In this document: one piece after another, positions 8,824 to 19,004 of the stretch
Position numbering within the stretch: the stretch's first letter is position 1
How the letters are laid out: each line of letters opens with the position of its first letter
Source of the DNA: Armatimonadota bacterium
GTDB lineage: Bacteria > Armatimonadota > DTGP01 > JAHWJO01
DNA length: 50,533 bases
Direction of reading: 5' to 3'
Assembly: GCA_038240635.1 (NCBI GenBank)
Contig: JBBRGS010000003.1
Span: 1 to 50,533 of the forward strand
The notes under the pieces: model-generated
The model's input: only the letters and a program-made list of their open reading frames with translations
What the model was told of the DNA's origin: nothing
Database searches by the model: none
Made by a program: the position numbers and the translations under genes

Positions 8824-9939
8824 GTGCCAACTACATACCGACTTCGCCCCCTCGATTTCCGCGATCTGCTCGACGATACGTTCGATCTGTACAAAGACAA
8901 CTTTGTCCTCTTCGCCTCCATCGCCGCGGTCGCTTACCTGCCGGCGCAGTTCCTTCTCAATCTATCGCTGGCGCCTCTCACCGCCATGAGCGCTTACTCC
9001 AGGTACGGCGGTGGGCCGGGGTCGGTAAATCCCGCTTTGGCGTTAGGTTCTGTGGCGCTGACCGTCCCGTTCACCGTTTTGTTACTCTCCATCGCCGGGT
9101 ATTTGGCGGCCGGCGCGCTTACCCGCGCCGTCTCCGAGCGGTACCTGGGGCGCACGATCACCCTCGGCGAGGCGTACCGCGGCGTGTGGAACCGGTTTGG
9201 CGCCTTCCTGATGACGCTGTTTCTGACCTACCTCCTGATCGGGGTGGGCATTGGGTTGTGCATCGGCGTCCCGATTTTTTTGATCACGGTAGCCGCCATC
9301 GCCCTCCGTGCCGTCTTTGAATCGGTCCTGTTCGCCCTGGTCGGCGGCCTCATGATGGTTGTCATCATGGCGATGGCGCTGGTGGGCGCCCTCTGCGTCG
9401 CCTTTATGTTCTCATTCGTTATCCCCGTCTTTATCATCGAAGGCCGCTCAGGGCCGGACGCCATCAGCCGCAGCGTCATGCTGTTCCGCTATCAGTTCTC
9501 AAAGAACCTGGGGACCTTACTCCTCATCACGATACTGGTGACGATCCTCACCGGCATGGTGACATGGCCGGTCTCCATGATCGCCGCCGGAATGGGATCG
9601 GGGTTTCTCCAGGCGCCGATGCTGCTGATTCGTTCCTTCTGGGGCGGCGCCGCGCAGGCGGTCCTGCAGCCGATCTCCCTCTCCGTCATCACGCTGCTGT
9701 ACTACGATGTCCGCATCCGGCGCGAAGGATTTGACCTCGAAATCATGGCCAGCGAACTCGGCGGCGGCGCGCCCCACGCCGCTGACCCTTACGGAGCCGC
9801 CCAACCGTATGGCGCAGGGCCTTATGGCGCCGCGCCCCCGTCCGGAGCCGCCGACCCGTACGCCGCGCCCCCGTCTCCCGTCGCGCCGGATTCCGCCCCG
9901 CCCCTGAACCCGTATGATACACGGCCCCCCGCCGGATAG
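8824..9939 (+). CDS. Polytopic membrane protein (GDPD membrane-domain-like) with Pro-rich PYGAA-repeat tail
   Basis: LRPLDFRDLLDDTF start, several TM helices, LLYYDVRIRREGFDL motif. Confidence 0.7.
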   Translation: MPTTYRLRPLDFRDLLDDTFDLYKDNFVLFASIAAVAYLPAQFLLNLSLAPLTAMSAYSRYGGGPGSVNPALALGSVALTVPFTVLLLSIAGYLAAGALTRAVSERYLGRTITLGEAYRGVWNRFGAFLMTLFLTYLLIGVGIGLCIGVPIFLITVAAIALRAVFESVLFALVGGLMMVVIMAMALVGALCVAFMFSFVIPVFIIEGRSGPDAISRSVMLFRYQFSKNLGTLLLITILVTILTGMVTWPVSMIAAGMGSGFLQAPMLLIRSFWGGAAQAVLQPISLSVITLLYYDVRIRREGFDLEIMASELGGGAPHAADPYGAAQPYGAGPYGAAPPSGAADPYAAPPSPVAPDSAPPLNPYDTRPPAG

Positions 9940-9970
9940 CCCGCCTTACAACGTTCGCTGAATCGTGGAT

Positions 9971-11119
9971 TTAGCGGCTCTGACCGGAGTGTTGACGGAC
10001 GAGTTCGGCGAGCAGTTCCACCGTACGCCGCGCCTCCCTCCGAAGTCCCTCAACCGTCTCCGACGCCGACCGTTCGCTGCCGCCTGACGCGTGAGCTATC
10101 GCCGTCAGAGCCATCTCCGCCGCCTGGGACGGGTCCGCGTCCACTGGCAGCGAGCGTTCTTCCGCGTTCAACCGGGACATCAGGGCGTCCACCTTGGGGT
10201 CATAACTCCACGCCACCACGGGAACGCCCGCGTTCGCCGCCAGCAGGAGCGCGTGAAGCCGCATCCCGATCAGCGCATCGCAGCCCGCGATCCCCGCCAA
10301 AAGGTCCTCCAGTGATTTCGGCGGAGGTAGGAGGGAGAGCGGTGGCGCGTCGGGGAGGCGCTCGGCCACGGTTTGGAGGAGGCGTTCAGCGAGGTAACGG
10401 TCGCTCGGCTCATGCATTGGCAGGAGCAGCGGCGTGGCCCCTCGCCTCAGCAACGCTTCACACAGGGCGACGCCCCACCCGGCGGCGTCGCGTTCCGGCC
10501 AGTCGCGCAGGGCGAGCGCCACCGTCGGCCCTCCGCCTGGAGCCATCCGTTCCCTCGCGCGCTCCACCTCCCCGCTCGTCCACTCTTCGCCGAGGAGGAA
10601 GGCGGGATCGGCGGTGATCTGAATGGAGCGCGTCACGCCGCACTCCCGCAGGAGCTGGGCCGAAGCCGCGTCCCGCACCGCAAGGAGGTCCACGCGATTC
10701 AGGCTGGAGGCCACCCATTGACGGGAGCGAGGACGCAGGAGCGGACCCATGCCCTGAGCCGCCACCGCCACCGGCTTTCCGGCGAGTTTGGCCAATTGGA
10801 TGACGCCGAGGTAGTAGCGCAGCGACGCCACGCTCGTCACGTCCTGAAGGAGGCTGCCGCCGCCGCTCACGAGGATATCGCATCCCCAAATCGCCCGAAG
10901 CATCGCCGGTCGCATCCGAGGGACGGCGCGAACCCCGTGCCACGCTTCCGTCGCCGCCGGGTTCGCGGAGAGTACGGTGATGCGAGCCGCCAGTCCCTCC
11001 TCCCGCAGGCCCCGCAGCAGTCCGGCCAGCACGGCTTCATCGCCCGCGTTGCCCAGGCCGTAGTAGCCGGAGAAGAGGAGCCGGGGGGCCGCCCGGTCGC
11101 TCGTCGCGCGGGTTGACAT
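9971..11119 (-). CDS. csaB: Polysaccharide pyruvyl transferase CsaB
   Basis: SGYYGLGNAGDEA, GGGSLLQDVTS..SLRYY, AQGMGPL, VRD, GMRLHA, SYDPKV. Confidence 0.92.
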   Translation of the reverse strand: MSTRATSDRAAPRLLFSGYYGLGNAGDEAVLAGLLRGLREEGLAARITVLSANPAATEAWHGVRAVPRMRPAMLRAIWGCDILVSGGGSLLQDVTSVASLRYYLGVIQLAKLAGKPVAVAAQGMGPLLRPRSRQWVASSLNRVDLLAVRDAASAQLLRECGVTRSIQITADPAFLLGEEWTSGEVERARERMAPGGGPTVALALRDWPERDAAGWGVALCEALLRRGATPLLLPMHEPSDRYLAERLLQTVAERLPDAPPLSLLPPPKSLEDLLAGIAGCDALIGMRLHALLLAANAGVPVVAWSYDPKVDALMSRLNAEERSLPVDADPSQAAEMALTAIAHASGGSERSASETVEGLRREARRTVELLAELVRQHSGQSR

Positions 11120-13146
11120 CAGATGCCCGCGCCCATGGAGCGCGCCGTCTCCTCCTCAGACGCCGCAGGAGATGTTCCGCGCGGCAGAAGTCGGTAAAGC
11201 AGCAGACCGAGCAGCGCGCCGACCCACAGCCCATTGAACACGCGGACCACCGAGATATATAGCGGCGTGTGAATGTGGCTGAATGTGTTCACGAGCGACA
11301 CCTGGCCAATCCCGCCCACCAGCAGCAGAAGCGCCAGCCCCCCGCGCGCGAGTCTCCAGCGCACTCCCGACGCCTTCGCGCCCCGAACCTGAGCCGCCGC
11401 CCACATCAGGCCCAGCAGCATCGCCGGGTGCCCGATGAGAAACTCCTTGGTGCGAGGCCGGACGTACAGCGCCCGGTCCAGGAGAGACCGGAACCGCATC
11501 TCCAGGGGGGAGACGGCCACGCCGGGGTCATTGCCAGTGCGGAGCAGCAGCATCGCCACCGCCACCAGCGCGATCAGGCCCGCCACGAGTTGCCACACGA
11601 GCAGAGGCTGCGACACGACCCTGCGAACCCGCCTCCGGGCGTCCGCCATCATCTCATGGCGGGTCCGATAGTCCACCACGAAGTCGAGAGCGAGGACGAT
11701 GGCGAACAGAAGGAGCGGCAGGAGGTGAGCCACTTTGATCCCGGCGAATTGCTGCGCCTTCATCATGTATTCGCGGGAGGAGAGCAATCCGACTTCATAC
11801 ACTACGCCGAGGGCGCTCACCCCCGCGACCGCAAGATACGCCACGAGGGGCGAGAAGGCGCGATCCTCCTGCCAGCGGCGGCGCACAAAGGCGTAGACTC
11901 CGACCATCGCCAGCGATGGGAAGAGGATGGCCGCCTCCAGCGCCACGAGTTTGCGCCCCGCATTCAGGGTCAGGAACAGCAGGGCCACGTGAATGATGCC
12001 CCACCCGCCCAGCAGCGCGGAACAGACGCCTTCGCCGAGTGGAATCAGGAAGGTGAGCAGGAGGACCCCCGCCGCCGCCGCGCCCAGCCCCATAACCGCG
12101 CGCAGGATGCGGTACCGCCACAGGTCGGGCACGGGTTCGGGGTATGCATGCGCCAGCCCAGGGGTGAGGCCCACCTTCCGCAGGCCGGTCGTGAGGGCGT
12201 TGAGGAAGTCCCACTGGTCCTGCCAGCCGTTTTGTGTCACCCAGGGCAGCAGTCGGACGAACGCGACGCGGATGTTGCGCTCCTCGGCGGCGCGGACGTA
12301 CCGCTCCAGCATGTCGGCGGGCTGAATCTTGTTCATCTCGGTGGGCGTGATGCTATGCACCCGGAGGTAATCGCCCTGGAGAGCGAGGGTAATCTCCTCA
12401 TCGCCGCGCTGCTTGCTGAACTCCACGCTGCCGTAGGTGAGATGATGGCGCTGGAGCAGGGCGGCGGTCTCCTTCACCTGCGCCTTGTAGCCCAGCGTCT
12501 CCTCGCCTCCAAAGATCACTTTGTAAATGCCGAGCTCCGACAGGCTGTTGAGACTCCATTCAATGTTGGCGGGATTGGCCGCCTGATAATTGACAATGCG
12601 CGCCACCACATCAAACCCGGCCCCCTGAAGCCGTTTCACTTCGGCGGGCGGCAGGCCCACATTGAGGGTGCGTATCTGCTCGAAGCTGCCCGGCCAGATC
12701 AGCGCGGGCTGGCCCGATGGACTGGTAACGGTCGCCAAAGGCACCTTTAGGCTCAGTTTCGGCAGCAGATGCTGGCGCACCCGGTTCAGCAACGCGGGGT
12801 CAATGCTGGAGATGAGGGTGCGCGCGCCGCCGTTGGGAAGCGGGTCGGCTTCCACAATCAGATAGCCGTCGTCCCGCAGCCCCGCAATGGTGTCCTCCCC
12901 GACGGCCATCCCGTAGACGCCGTGCGCTTTGAGGTCCCGCAGCAGCGCGTCCAGGGGCACGTTGGAGAAGGTCGCCATGCTCTGAACCTGCCGCCAGTCC
13001 GCCACGAGTTCCACCTGGGTTTGCCGCGACTCCACGCTCCAGCGCGCGAGGGCGATGTAGAGTCCCGCGAGGGCGCCCAGGCCGATGAGCAGATGGAGAA
13101 CGAGGCGCAGCGAGTGATTCAGGGAACGACGAGGCGGACGTCTCAA
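11119..13146 (-). CDS. DUF5693-family membrane protein
   Basis: RAAEERNIR, FAGIK, RTGN, RPRTKEFLIGHP, NTFSHIHTP motifs; abuts csaB; start uncertain (TTG 13146 with AGAGG chosen, ORF open to 13395). Confidence 0.8.
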   Translation of the reverse strand: MRRPPRRSLNHSLRLVLHLLIGLGALAGLYIALARWSVESRQTQVELVADWRQVQSMATFSNVPLDALLRDLKAHGVYGMAVGEDTIAGLRDDGYLIVEADPLPNGGARTLISSIDPALLNRVRQHLLPKLSLKVPLATVTSPSGQPALIWPGSFEQIRTLNVGLPPAEVKRLQGAGFDVVARIVNYQAANPANIEWSLNSLSELGIYKVIFGGEETLGYKAQVKETAALLQRHHLTYGSVEFSKQRGDEEITLALQGDYLRVHSITPTEMNKIQPADMLERYVRAAEERNIRVAFVRLLPWVTQNGWQDQWDFLNALTTGLRKVGLTPGLAHAYPEPVPDLWRYRILRAVMGLGAAAAGVLLLTFLIPLGEGVCSALLGGWGIIHVALLFLTLNAGRKLVALEAAILFPSLAMVGVYAFVRRRWQEDRAFSPLVAYLAVAGVSALGVVYEVGLLSSREYMMKAQQFAGIKVAHLLPLLLFAIVLALDFVVDYRTRHEMMADARRRVRRVVSQPLLVWQLVAGLIALVAVAMLLLRTGNDPGVAVSPLEMRFRSLLDRALYVRPRTKEFLIGHPAMLLGLMWAAAQVRGAKASGVRWRLARGGLALLLLVGGIGQVSLVNTFSHIHTPLYISVVRVFNGLWVGALLGLLLYRLLPRGTSPAASEEETARSMGAGI

Positions 13147-13382
13147 GCGGGACCTCTGGGAAGGAGAGCGAGCGGGTTCAATCGTTCGGATGCGGGCGTG
13201 CGAAACGGTATCGCCAGGTTTTACAGCGGTGTTGCGGCGGCGTCGATATTGCCCCTCGTGGAGTGACGACCCCACGGGCGACTTAGCCAGGCGAGCATCG
13301 GCGCCAGATGTCGTTTCAGGATAGCATGACTCCGGGCGCGCCGCCGCCGCTACGCCCTCCGCCGAGGCGTAACCCGTCTTTT

Positions 13383-13412
13383 TTGCGGGAACCATGCCAC
13401 CAATGGTATAAT
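13383..13412 (+). promoter_or_regulatory. Sigma70-type promoter with extended -10
   Basis: TTGCGG-N18-TATAAT with TG at the extended -10 position (TGgTATAAT), about 180 nt before ATG 13593. Confidence 0.6.
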
Positions 13413-13592
13413 CGGCCTAATTGCCGCACGCGCGATTCACCATCCCAGGATGAACTCAGGAGGACGAAAGCATCGCCTTCGCCTTCCTGGGATTCATCCT
13501 TCTTCGTTTGCGGCATGGTCTCCCCCTCGTTAACCCCTGACAAACACTCGCCCGCCGGTCGCGCGAGACCTTACCCTTTGGAGGAAGTGTCC

Positions 13593-16500
13593 ATGCTGTT
13601 CCGCCGTCACCACGCGGTGGCCCCTTGCCCTGCGGAGGTCGGTCGCCTCGCCCTGGCCCTTGCGGTGTCGGGCGGCCTGTTCGTCTGCGGAACGGTAACC
13701 TCGCTGGCGGCGGGCCACCCCGCCCCCCGGCCCACCTCCTCCGCTAAAAAGACGGCCGCCCGCCCCAGCCCGAAATCGCCCCGCACGACGGCCCAGCCCC
13801 GCACGACGGCCCCGCCCCGCACGACGGCCCCGCCCCGCGTGGCGCAGCGCGAAGTGCCCATCAGCCCGCCTCCAACCACCCCTACCGCTCGATTGAAGCA
13901 GGCGACTCAGCACGCCGCCGTTCCCCCCTCCGAGTTCATCTCGGTGGACGAGATCAAGCCGGGGATGACGGGGTACGGCCTCACCGTCTTTCGTGGCAAC
14001 ACCATTGAGAAGTTCGGGATCACCGTCATTGACATCATGCGGAAGAACGCCTTCACCTTAGGCCGCGACCTCATCATGGTGCGCCTGAAGGGGCCGGTCT
14101 TTGAGAAGCGCAAGGCGAACGGCATCGCCGGGATGAGCGGCAGCCCTATCTACATCAACGGGCGCCTCGCCGGAGCCTACGCCTGGGGCGCCAGCAGCGC
14201 CATCGCGCCCAACGAGCCGGTCGGCTGGGTGACGCCCATCGCCTACATGCTCGAAGCGTGGAGCGACAAACTGCCGCAAAAGCCGCTGTATACCTCGCTG
14301 GACGGCGGCCTTAACGGCGCGGGCGATGCGGCGACCATGGCGGGGCTGCCGGGATTCTCACCCGCCGCCACGGGCGTGGACCCTCTCGTCTCCCAACTCG
14401 GCCTGGGCGCGGGTCTGGACGCCGGGGCGGATTCGGCGCCTCACACGCTGAACGTCGCCGGGATCAGCCCGATGGTCCTGCAACGACTCAATCGCAAGTA
14501 CACGACGATGGGCTTCCGGTTTCAGCAGGTCGTCAGCGGCGGCAAATCCACGATGGCGGATAAGGCGCCGCCGATTCAGGCGGGATCCGCGTTCGGCTTC
14601 GCGCTGGCGACCGGCGACGTGGAGTTCCAGGCGTCCGGCGGCACCGTCACGTATCGTAAGGGGAACCGGGTCCTCACGCTGGGCCACCCGGCCCTTTCCG
14701 ACGTGTCGCCACTGGTGCCGTACGGCCTTGGCCCCATCGAGGCGCCTCTCACCACTTCGTATGTGGTGGACATTCTGAGCGGCCTGCTCCTTTCCACCAA
14801 GTTGCAAAACAATGGCAGCGTCGTCGGCACGCTCACGCAGGACACCCTGTACGGCACGGCGGGCATCATCGGACGCAAGCCGAACCTCGTGCCGGTGACG
14901 GTGAACATCGTCAACCACACCACCGGCCAGCAGCGCACGGTTCGCTCGGAAGTCATGCGCCACCCGCTCCTGACCAGCGGCATCATTGAGGCGGTGGCCG
15001 ACGAAGCGATCCTCCGCACCCACACCTTCCCCGGCGACGCGATGGCCGAAGTGAAGACCACCGTCAACGCCGTGGGGATGAAGCCCATCGTTCACCGAAA
15101 CAGCTTCTACGCGCCGTACTTCATTGATGTCTTCGCGCTACAGGACCTGGACGACCTCCTTACCCTTCTCACCCGCAACGAGTTTGGGCCGGTGGACATT
15201 CAAAACGTCCGGCTCGATGTGGAGATTCGGCCAGGCCGCAAAACCGTCCGAATCGAACGCGCCTTCCTGGACCGCGACAAGGTGGAGCCGGGCGAAACCG
15301 TGCAGGTCGGCGTCGTGCTGCGGCCCTGGCGCAAGGACCCGTATGTGAAGACTATATCCATCAAGGTGCCGGAGTCGACCCCCAACGGCCGCACCCAGAT
15401 CGTCGTGACCAACGGCGCGACTCCCGTCAACATTGCGCCTACGCCGCCCCCCTCCACCACACCGACCTCGCCCTCAAGCGTGACGAGCGCCGCGTCGGTC
15501 GGCCCGATGTACAGCAATGTGCAGCAGATGATTGACCGGTATCTGGAGCTGGGCAGCAACACGGAACTCGTGACGCGGCTCTTCCTCACGCAAACCGGTG
15601 TCAATGTGCTCGGTGAGCGACTGTACGACGTGCCCGCGCCCATCGGCGAGGTGCTGCGCTCCGCCCGCGCTGTCGGCTATCGCCCCGAACGAGACGCGGT
15701 CAAGCAGGTGGATGATATGGGCGAGTACGTCATTGGGAGCGCCATCCTCCCCCTGACGATTGAGCGGAACAGCTACCAGGAGCAGGGGAAGACGACCGCC
15801 CGCCCGGCGCCAAAGGCCCCCACGGCTCCCGCTCTCTCCTCCACCACCGTCATCCCGCCCTCCAGCTCGCTCTCCTCCTCCGATATGAGCGAAGAGACGC
15901 CAGCCACTGAGCCGGTTTCCGCCACTCTCGCCGCTCCCACCGCCTTCAACCCGTCGGGCGTCAGCCCTCGCCTGCGCGCCCTGGGCATGATCGGCGGCGG
16001 CGTTCCACTGCGGCGAACCGGCGTCTGGACCCCGTGGCCCGCATCCGTGGCGCGGCCCGCTCAGGACGACTCGAACGTGGACGACCTCGCCGCCGATGAC
16101 CCCAAAGGCGTCGGCTCCGCGAAGGTCGCCGATGAGAAGACGGACGACAAAGCCGCCGCCGATAAATCAGATTCGGATAAAACTGACGCTAAAACCGATG
16201 ACAAGAGCGCAAAGAGCGACGATAAGTCGTCCGACAGCGCCTCCAGCGATAAATCGGATGACAAGACGAAAGGCCCCGGCCGCACGGCGACTCTCTGGAC
16301 CCAGAAGACGAAGGCCCAGTTTGAGCGCGGCGACGGCACGGGTGTCGGGGTGACAACCCTCGGCGACGTGCGGCTAGCCCTTACCCTGCGCCGCGTGCAG
16401 CGCCTCGACCAGGACGCGCAGGTCTGGTGTATGGCGGAGGACGGCAAGGGGGGCTTCTGGCTCGGAACGGGCAATTCCGGGCGCATTTATCCTCTCGGCG

Positions 16501-18440
16501 CGGACGAGAAACTCGGCGCGCCCATCCCGACGCAGGAGTTGACGATCAAGACGATGCTCCGCGCGCCGGACGGCCAGGTGTACGCCGCCGGGTGGCCCAC
16601 GGGGACGGTCTATCGCATTGAGGGCGACAAGGCGGTGGCGTTCGCCAAAACCGACGCTCGCTTCATCCTTGATATGAAGGCCGACGCCGCCGGAAACCTG
16701 TATCTCGCGGCGGGACCCGGCGGGCGCATCCTCAAAGTGACGCCCGCCGGAAAGGTGAGCGTCTTCTTCCAGTCGCCGCAGCCGCACGTCCTTGCGCTGG
16801 CGATGGACAAGGACGGCAACCTGATCGCGGGCACCTCGGACAGCGGCGCGCTTTACCGCATCGCCCCCAACGGGAAGGAAACCGTGCTGTTTGACCCGGC
16901 GGACAACGCCGTTTCGGCCCTTCTTGTGCGGAAGAACGGCGACCTGATCGCGGGGACCTCCCCCAAAGGCCGCATCCTCCGGGTCGTCCCCGGCGGCACC
17001 ACCCGCGTGGTGTATGAAGCGAACGCTCCCGTAATGGCCATGACTGAGGACCACGACGGCAACCTGTTCGCCGCCACAGGCAAGGACGTGGTGAAGATCG
17101 ATTCGGACGATACGGTGACGATCCTCGACACCAAGGACGTCAATCAGACGCTGGCGCTCGCGTGGCGTGACGGCTCCGGGTTGTGGGCGGCGAGCGGCAA
17201 TCTCGCGGCGGTGTACCACGCCGATCCTCAGAAGGAGACGGGCGAATACCTCTCCCCGGTCCATGATGCGCAGAATCCCGCCCAATGGGGCCGCGCGAGC
17301 TGGCAGGCGATCCAGCCGGACAAAACGCATGTGACGCTGCAAACGCGCACCGGCAACACCTCCGAACCCGATGAGTCCTGGAGCGCCTGGTCGTCGCCTT
17401 ATTCCAACAGCCAGGGAACGGTGATCCTTTCGCAGCCGGGCCGCTACATCCAGTTTCGGGCCACACTCACCTCCAGCGCCGGCGAGGTCAGCCCCGTTCT
17501 GAAGAGCGTGACACTCTCGTATCTCCCGGTTAACCGGCCTCCCACGGTCGCCTTCAGCGCGCCCACCGTCGCCGATCAACTGAACGGCAAGCAGACGCTG
17601 AAGTGGACCGCATCTGATCCCGATAAGGACACGCTCAGCTACGACCTGTTCTACTCCGAAGACGGCGGAAAAACGTGGAAGCCAATGAAGAAAGCCGAGA
17701 AATCGGATAAGTCCGAGAAAGCCGACGCCACCGCCGACACGAAGGAGAAGCCCAAAACCGATTCCCCGAAGAAGCCCACCGCGCCAAAACCTCCCGCGAC
17801 GGAGGAGAAACCCACCACCGCCGAAGCGCAGGACCTGATGAGCAAAATCACCGGGGAGCTGGATAAGGACACGACCCTCTCCGCCGAGGACCGCGCCCTC
17901 CTCGACGCCGTGCTCCCCAGCGTCGTTCGTGACGCCGCCAACCCGTCGCCGGAGAAGGAGATCAAGCCCGATCCGCCCACGCCCGGCTCCGATGTGGACA
18001 AGCCTCTCACCGAGACGAGCTTCTCGTGGGACACGACCGACGTGCCCGATGGCGACTACTTCCTGAAGATCGTGGCGACCGATAAACGCAGTAATCCCGG
18101 CGCTCCGCTTGAGGACGAGCAGGTTCTCGGTCCCGTGACGATAATCAACGTGAAGCCGAAAGCGGAACTGTTCGAGTCGGGGGCGGCGGTGAAGGATCGC
18201 GTTCTTACCGTGGAAGGCCGCGCCGACGGCGGTAAGGCGCCCATCGCCACCGTCTCGTATCGCGTGGACAAAGGCGACTGGTCGGCGGCGCTGGCTACGG
18301 ATGGCCTGTTCGACTCGCCGGTGGAGTCGTTCCGCGTGGAAACGGAGCCGATGACGCCGGGCGATCACACGGTGGAAGCGCGCGTCACGACGACGGGCGG
18401 GCTGAACGGCTCAGCGACGATGAAGATCACCGTGAAGTAG
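13593..18440 (+). CDS. Large secreted protein: SpoIVB/S55 serine peptidase domain + beta-propeller + Ig/FN3-like domains
   Basis: GGAGG RBS; signal peptide; AGMSGSPIYINGRLAGA (S55 catalytic Ser motif); repeated 'LAMDKDGNLIAGTS' blades; TRTGNT..PDESWSAWS; K/D-rich linkers. Confidence 0.85.
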   Translation: MLFRRHHAVAPCPAEVGRLALALAVSGGLFVCGTVTSLAAGHPAPRPTSSAKKTAARPSPKSPRTTAQPRTTAPPRTTAPPRVAQREVPISPPPTTPTARLKQATQHAAVPPSEFISVDEIKPGMTGYGLTVFRGNTIEKFGITVIDIMRKNAFTLGRDLIMVRLKGPVFEKRKANGIAGMSGSPIYINGRLAGAYAWGASSAIAPNEPVGWVTPIAYMLEAWSDKLPQKPLYTSLDGGLNGAGDAATMAGLPGFSPAATGVDPLVSQLGLGAGLDAGADSAPHTLNVAGISPMVLQRLNRKYTTMGFRFQQVVSGGKSTMADKAPPIQAGSAFGFALATGDVEFQASGGTVTYRKGNRVLTLGHPALSDVSPLVPYGLGPIEAPLTTSYVVDILSGLLLSTKLQNNGSVVGTLTQDTLYGTAGIIGRKPNLVPVTVNIVNHTTGQQRTVRSEVMRHPLLTSGIIEAVADEAILRTHTFPGDAMAEVKTTVNAVGMKPIVHRNSFYAPYFIDVFALQDLDDLLTLLTRNEFGPVDIQNVRLDVEIRPGRKTVRIERAFLDRDKVEPGETVQVGVVLRPWRKDPYVKTISIKVPESTPNGRTQIVVTNGATPVNIAPTPPPSTTPTSPSSVTSAASVGPMYSNVQQMIDRYLELGSNTELVTRLFLTQTGVNVLGERLYDVPAPIGEVLRSARAVGYRPERDAVKQVDDMGEYVIGSAILPLTIERNSYQEQGKTTARPAPKAPTAPALSSTTVIPPSSSLSSSDMSEETPATEPVSATLAAPTAFNPSGVSPRLRALGMIGGGVPLRRTGVWTPWPASVARPAQDDSNVDDLAADDPKGVGSAKVADEKTDDKAAADKSDSDKTDAKTDDKSAKSDDKSSDSASSDKSDDKTKGPGRTATLWTQKTKAQFERGDGTGVGVTTLGDVRLALTLRRVQRLDQDAQVWCMAEDGKGGFWLGTGNSGRIYPLGADEKLGAPIPTQELTIKTMLRAPDGQVYAAGWPTGTVYRIEGDKAVAFAKTDARFILDMKADAAGNLYLAAGPGGRILKVTPAGKVSVFFQSPQPHVLALAMDKDGNLIAGTSDSGALYRIAPNGKETVLFDPADNAVSALLVRKNGDLIAGTSPKGRILRVVPGGTTRVVYEANAPVMAMTEDHDGNLFAATGKDVVKIDSDDTVTILDTKDVNQTLALAWRDGSGLWAASGNLAAVYHADPQKETGEYLSPVHDAQNPAQWGRASWQAIQPDKTHVTLQTRTGNTSEPDESWSAWSSPYSNSQGTVILSQPGRYIQFRATLTSSAGEVSPVLKSVTLSYLPVNRPPTVAFSAPTVADQLNGKQTLKWTASDPDKDTLSYDLFYSEDGGKTWKPMKKAEKSDKSEKADATADTKEKPKTDSPKKPTAPKPPATEEKPTTAEAQDLMSKITGELDKDTTLSAEDRALLDAVLPSVVRDAANPSPEKEIKPDPPTPGSDVDKPLTETSFSWDTTDVPDGDYFLKIVATDKRSNPGAPLEDEQVLGPVTIINVKPKAELFESGAAVKDRVLTVEGRADGGKAPIATVSYRVDKGDWSAALATDGLFDSPVESFRVETEPMTPGDHTVEARVTTTGGLNGSATMKITVK
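13778..13838 (+). repeat. In-frame 18-bp tandem repeat (about 3.4 copies) encoding PRTTA(Q/P)
   Basis: gccccgcacgacggccc(a/c) at 13778, 13796 and 13814, plus a partial copy. Confidence 0.9.
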
Positions 18441-18890
18441 GGGCGTCGTCTCGGAGCGGCCTTCTCCGTAACCTGGGGGGAGGCTCGCTGGCGTCGCAGA
18501 CTTTCCATCCCAGCGCGTATTTGAATCAGTGAGGGATTACCGCGTGGTCCATTACTCAGCCTGCTTTAATGGATTGAACCGTACGGCGAGCTTGAATCGC
18601 TCCACATCGCGTTGACGGTGAGGGAATCGTCGAAGCGTGACCTCAGGCCGAACGATTTGGGCGGACGCCGCTTCCGGCGTTCGCCCTCCTCCGCTATTTC
18701 CTTCAGAATTTGTCTCCCGCGACCGTTCCGAGCGGTCTCTGACCGCTGTGGCAGAGCGCACCCGTTGTTATGGGGCGCCGGATTTCACCCCCTGGAGTGG
18801 ATCGGGACCTATACGTGACAGGCGGCGCCCCATGGAGGGGTTCGCTAAGGACAGGTCGGTTGCTCATTTCGGGCCAGCGCTGAATTCCTG

Positions 18891-18899
18891 TGGTATACT
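18891..18899 (+). promoter_or_regulatory. Extended -10 element
   Basis: TGgTATACT about 105 nt upstream of the FG-GAP gene. Confidence 0.45.
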
Positions 18900-19004
18900 G
18901 ATACACGCGGAGAGAATAGATTTCAGCCTCGCTTCGCCTGCCGCGCTTTCGCCGTCGTTATCACATCCGACTTCACCCGTCCGGTTGCTTTCAGAGATTT
19001 CCCC

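Noticed and set aside
13308-13592. N-terminal extensions in the ORF track (also 3127, 8209, 24522, 27494, 43860, 47165)
   Set aside because: Downstream starts coincide with family N-termini and mostly have RBSs; the extensions cross promoters, repeats or neighbouring genes
16374-18368. 664-aa minus-strand ORF, and similar long antisense ORFs (11269-12750, 31057-32826, 37006-38415, 43823-45016, 45804-47159)
   Set aside because: Each lies opposite a well-supported gene; expected from high-GC codon bias
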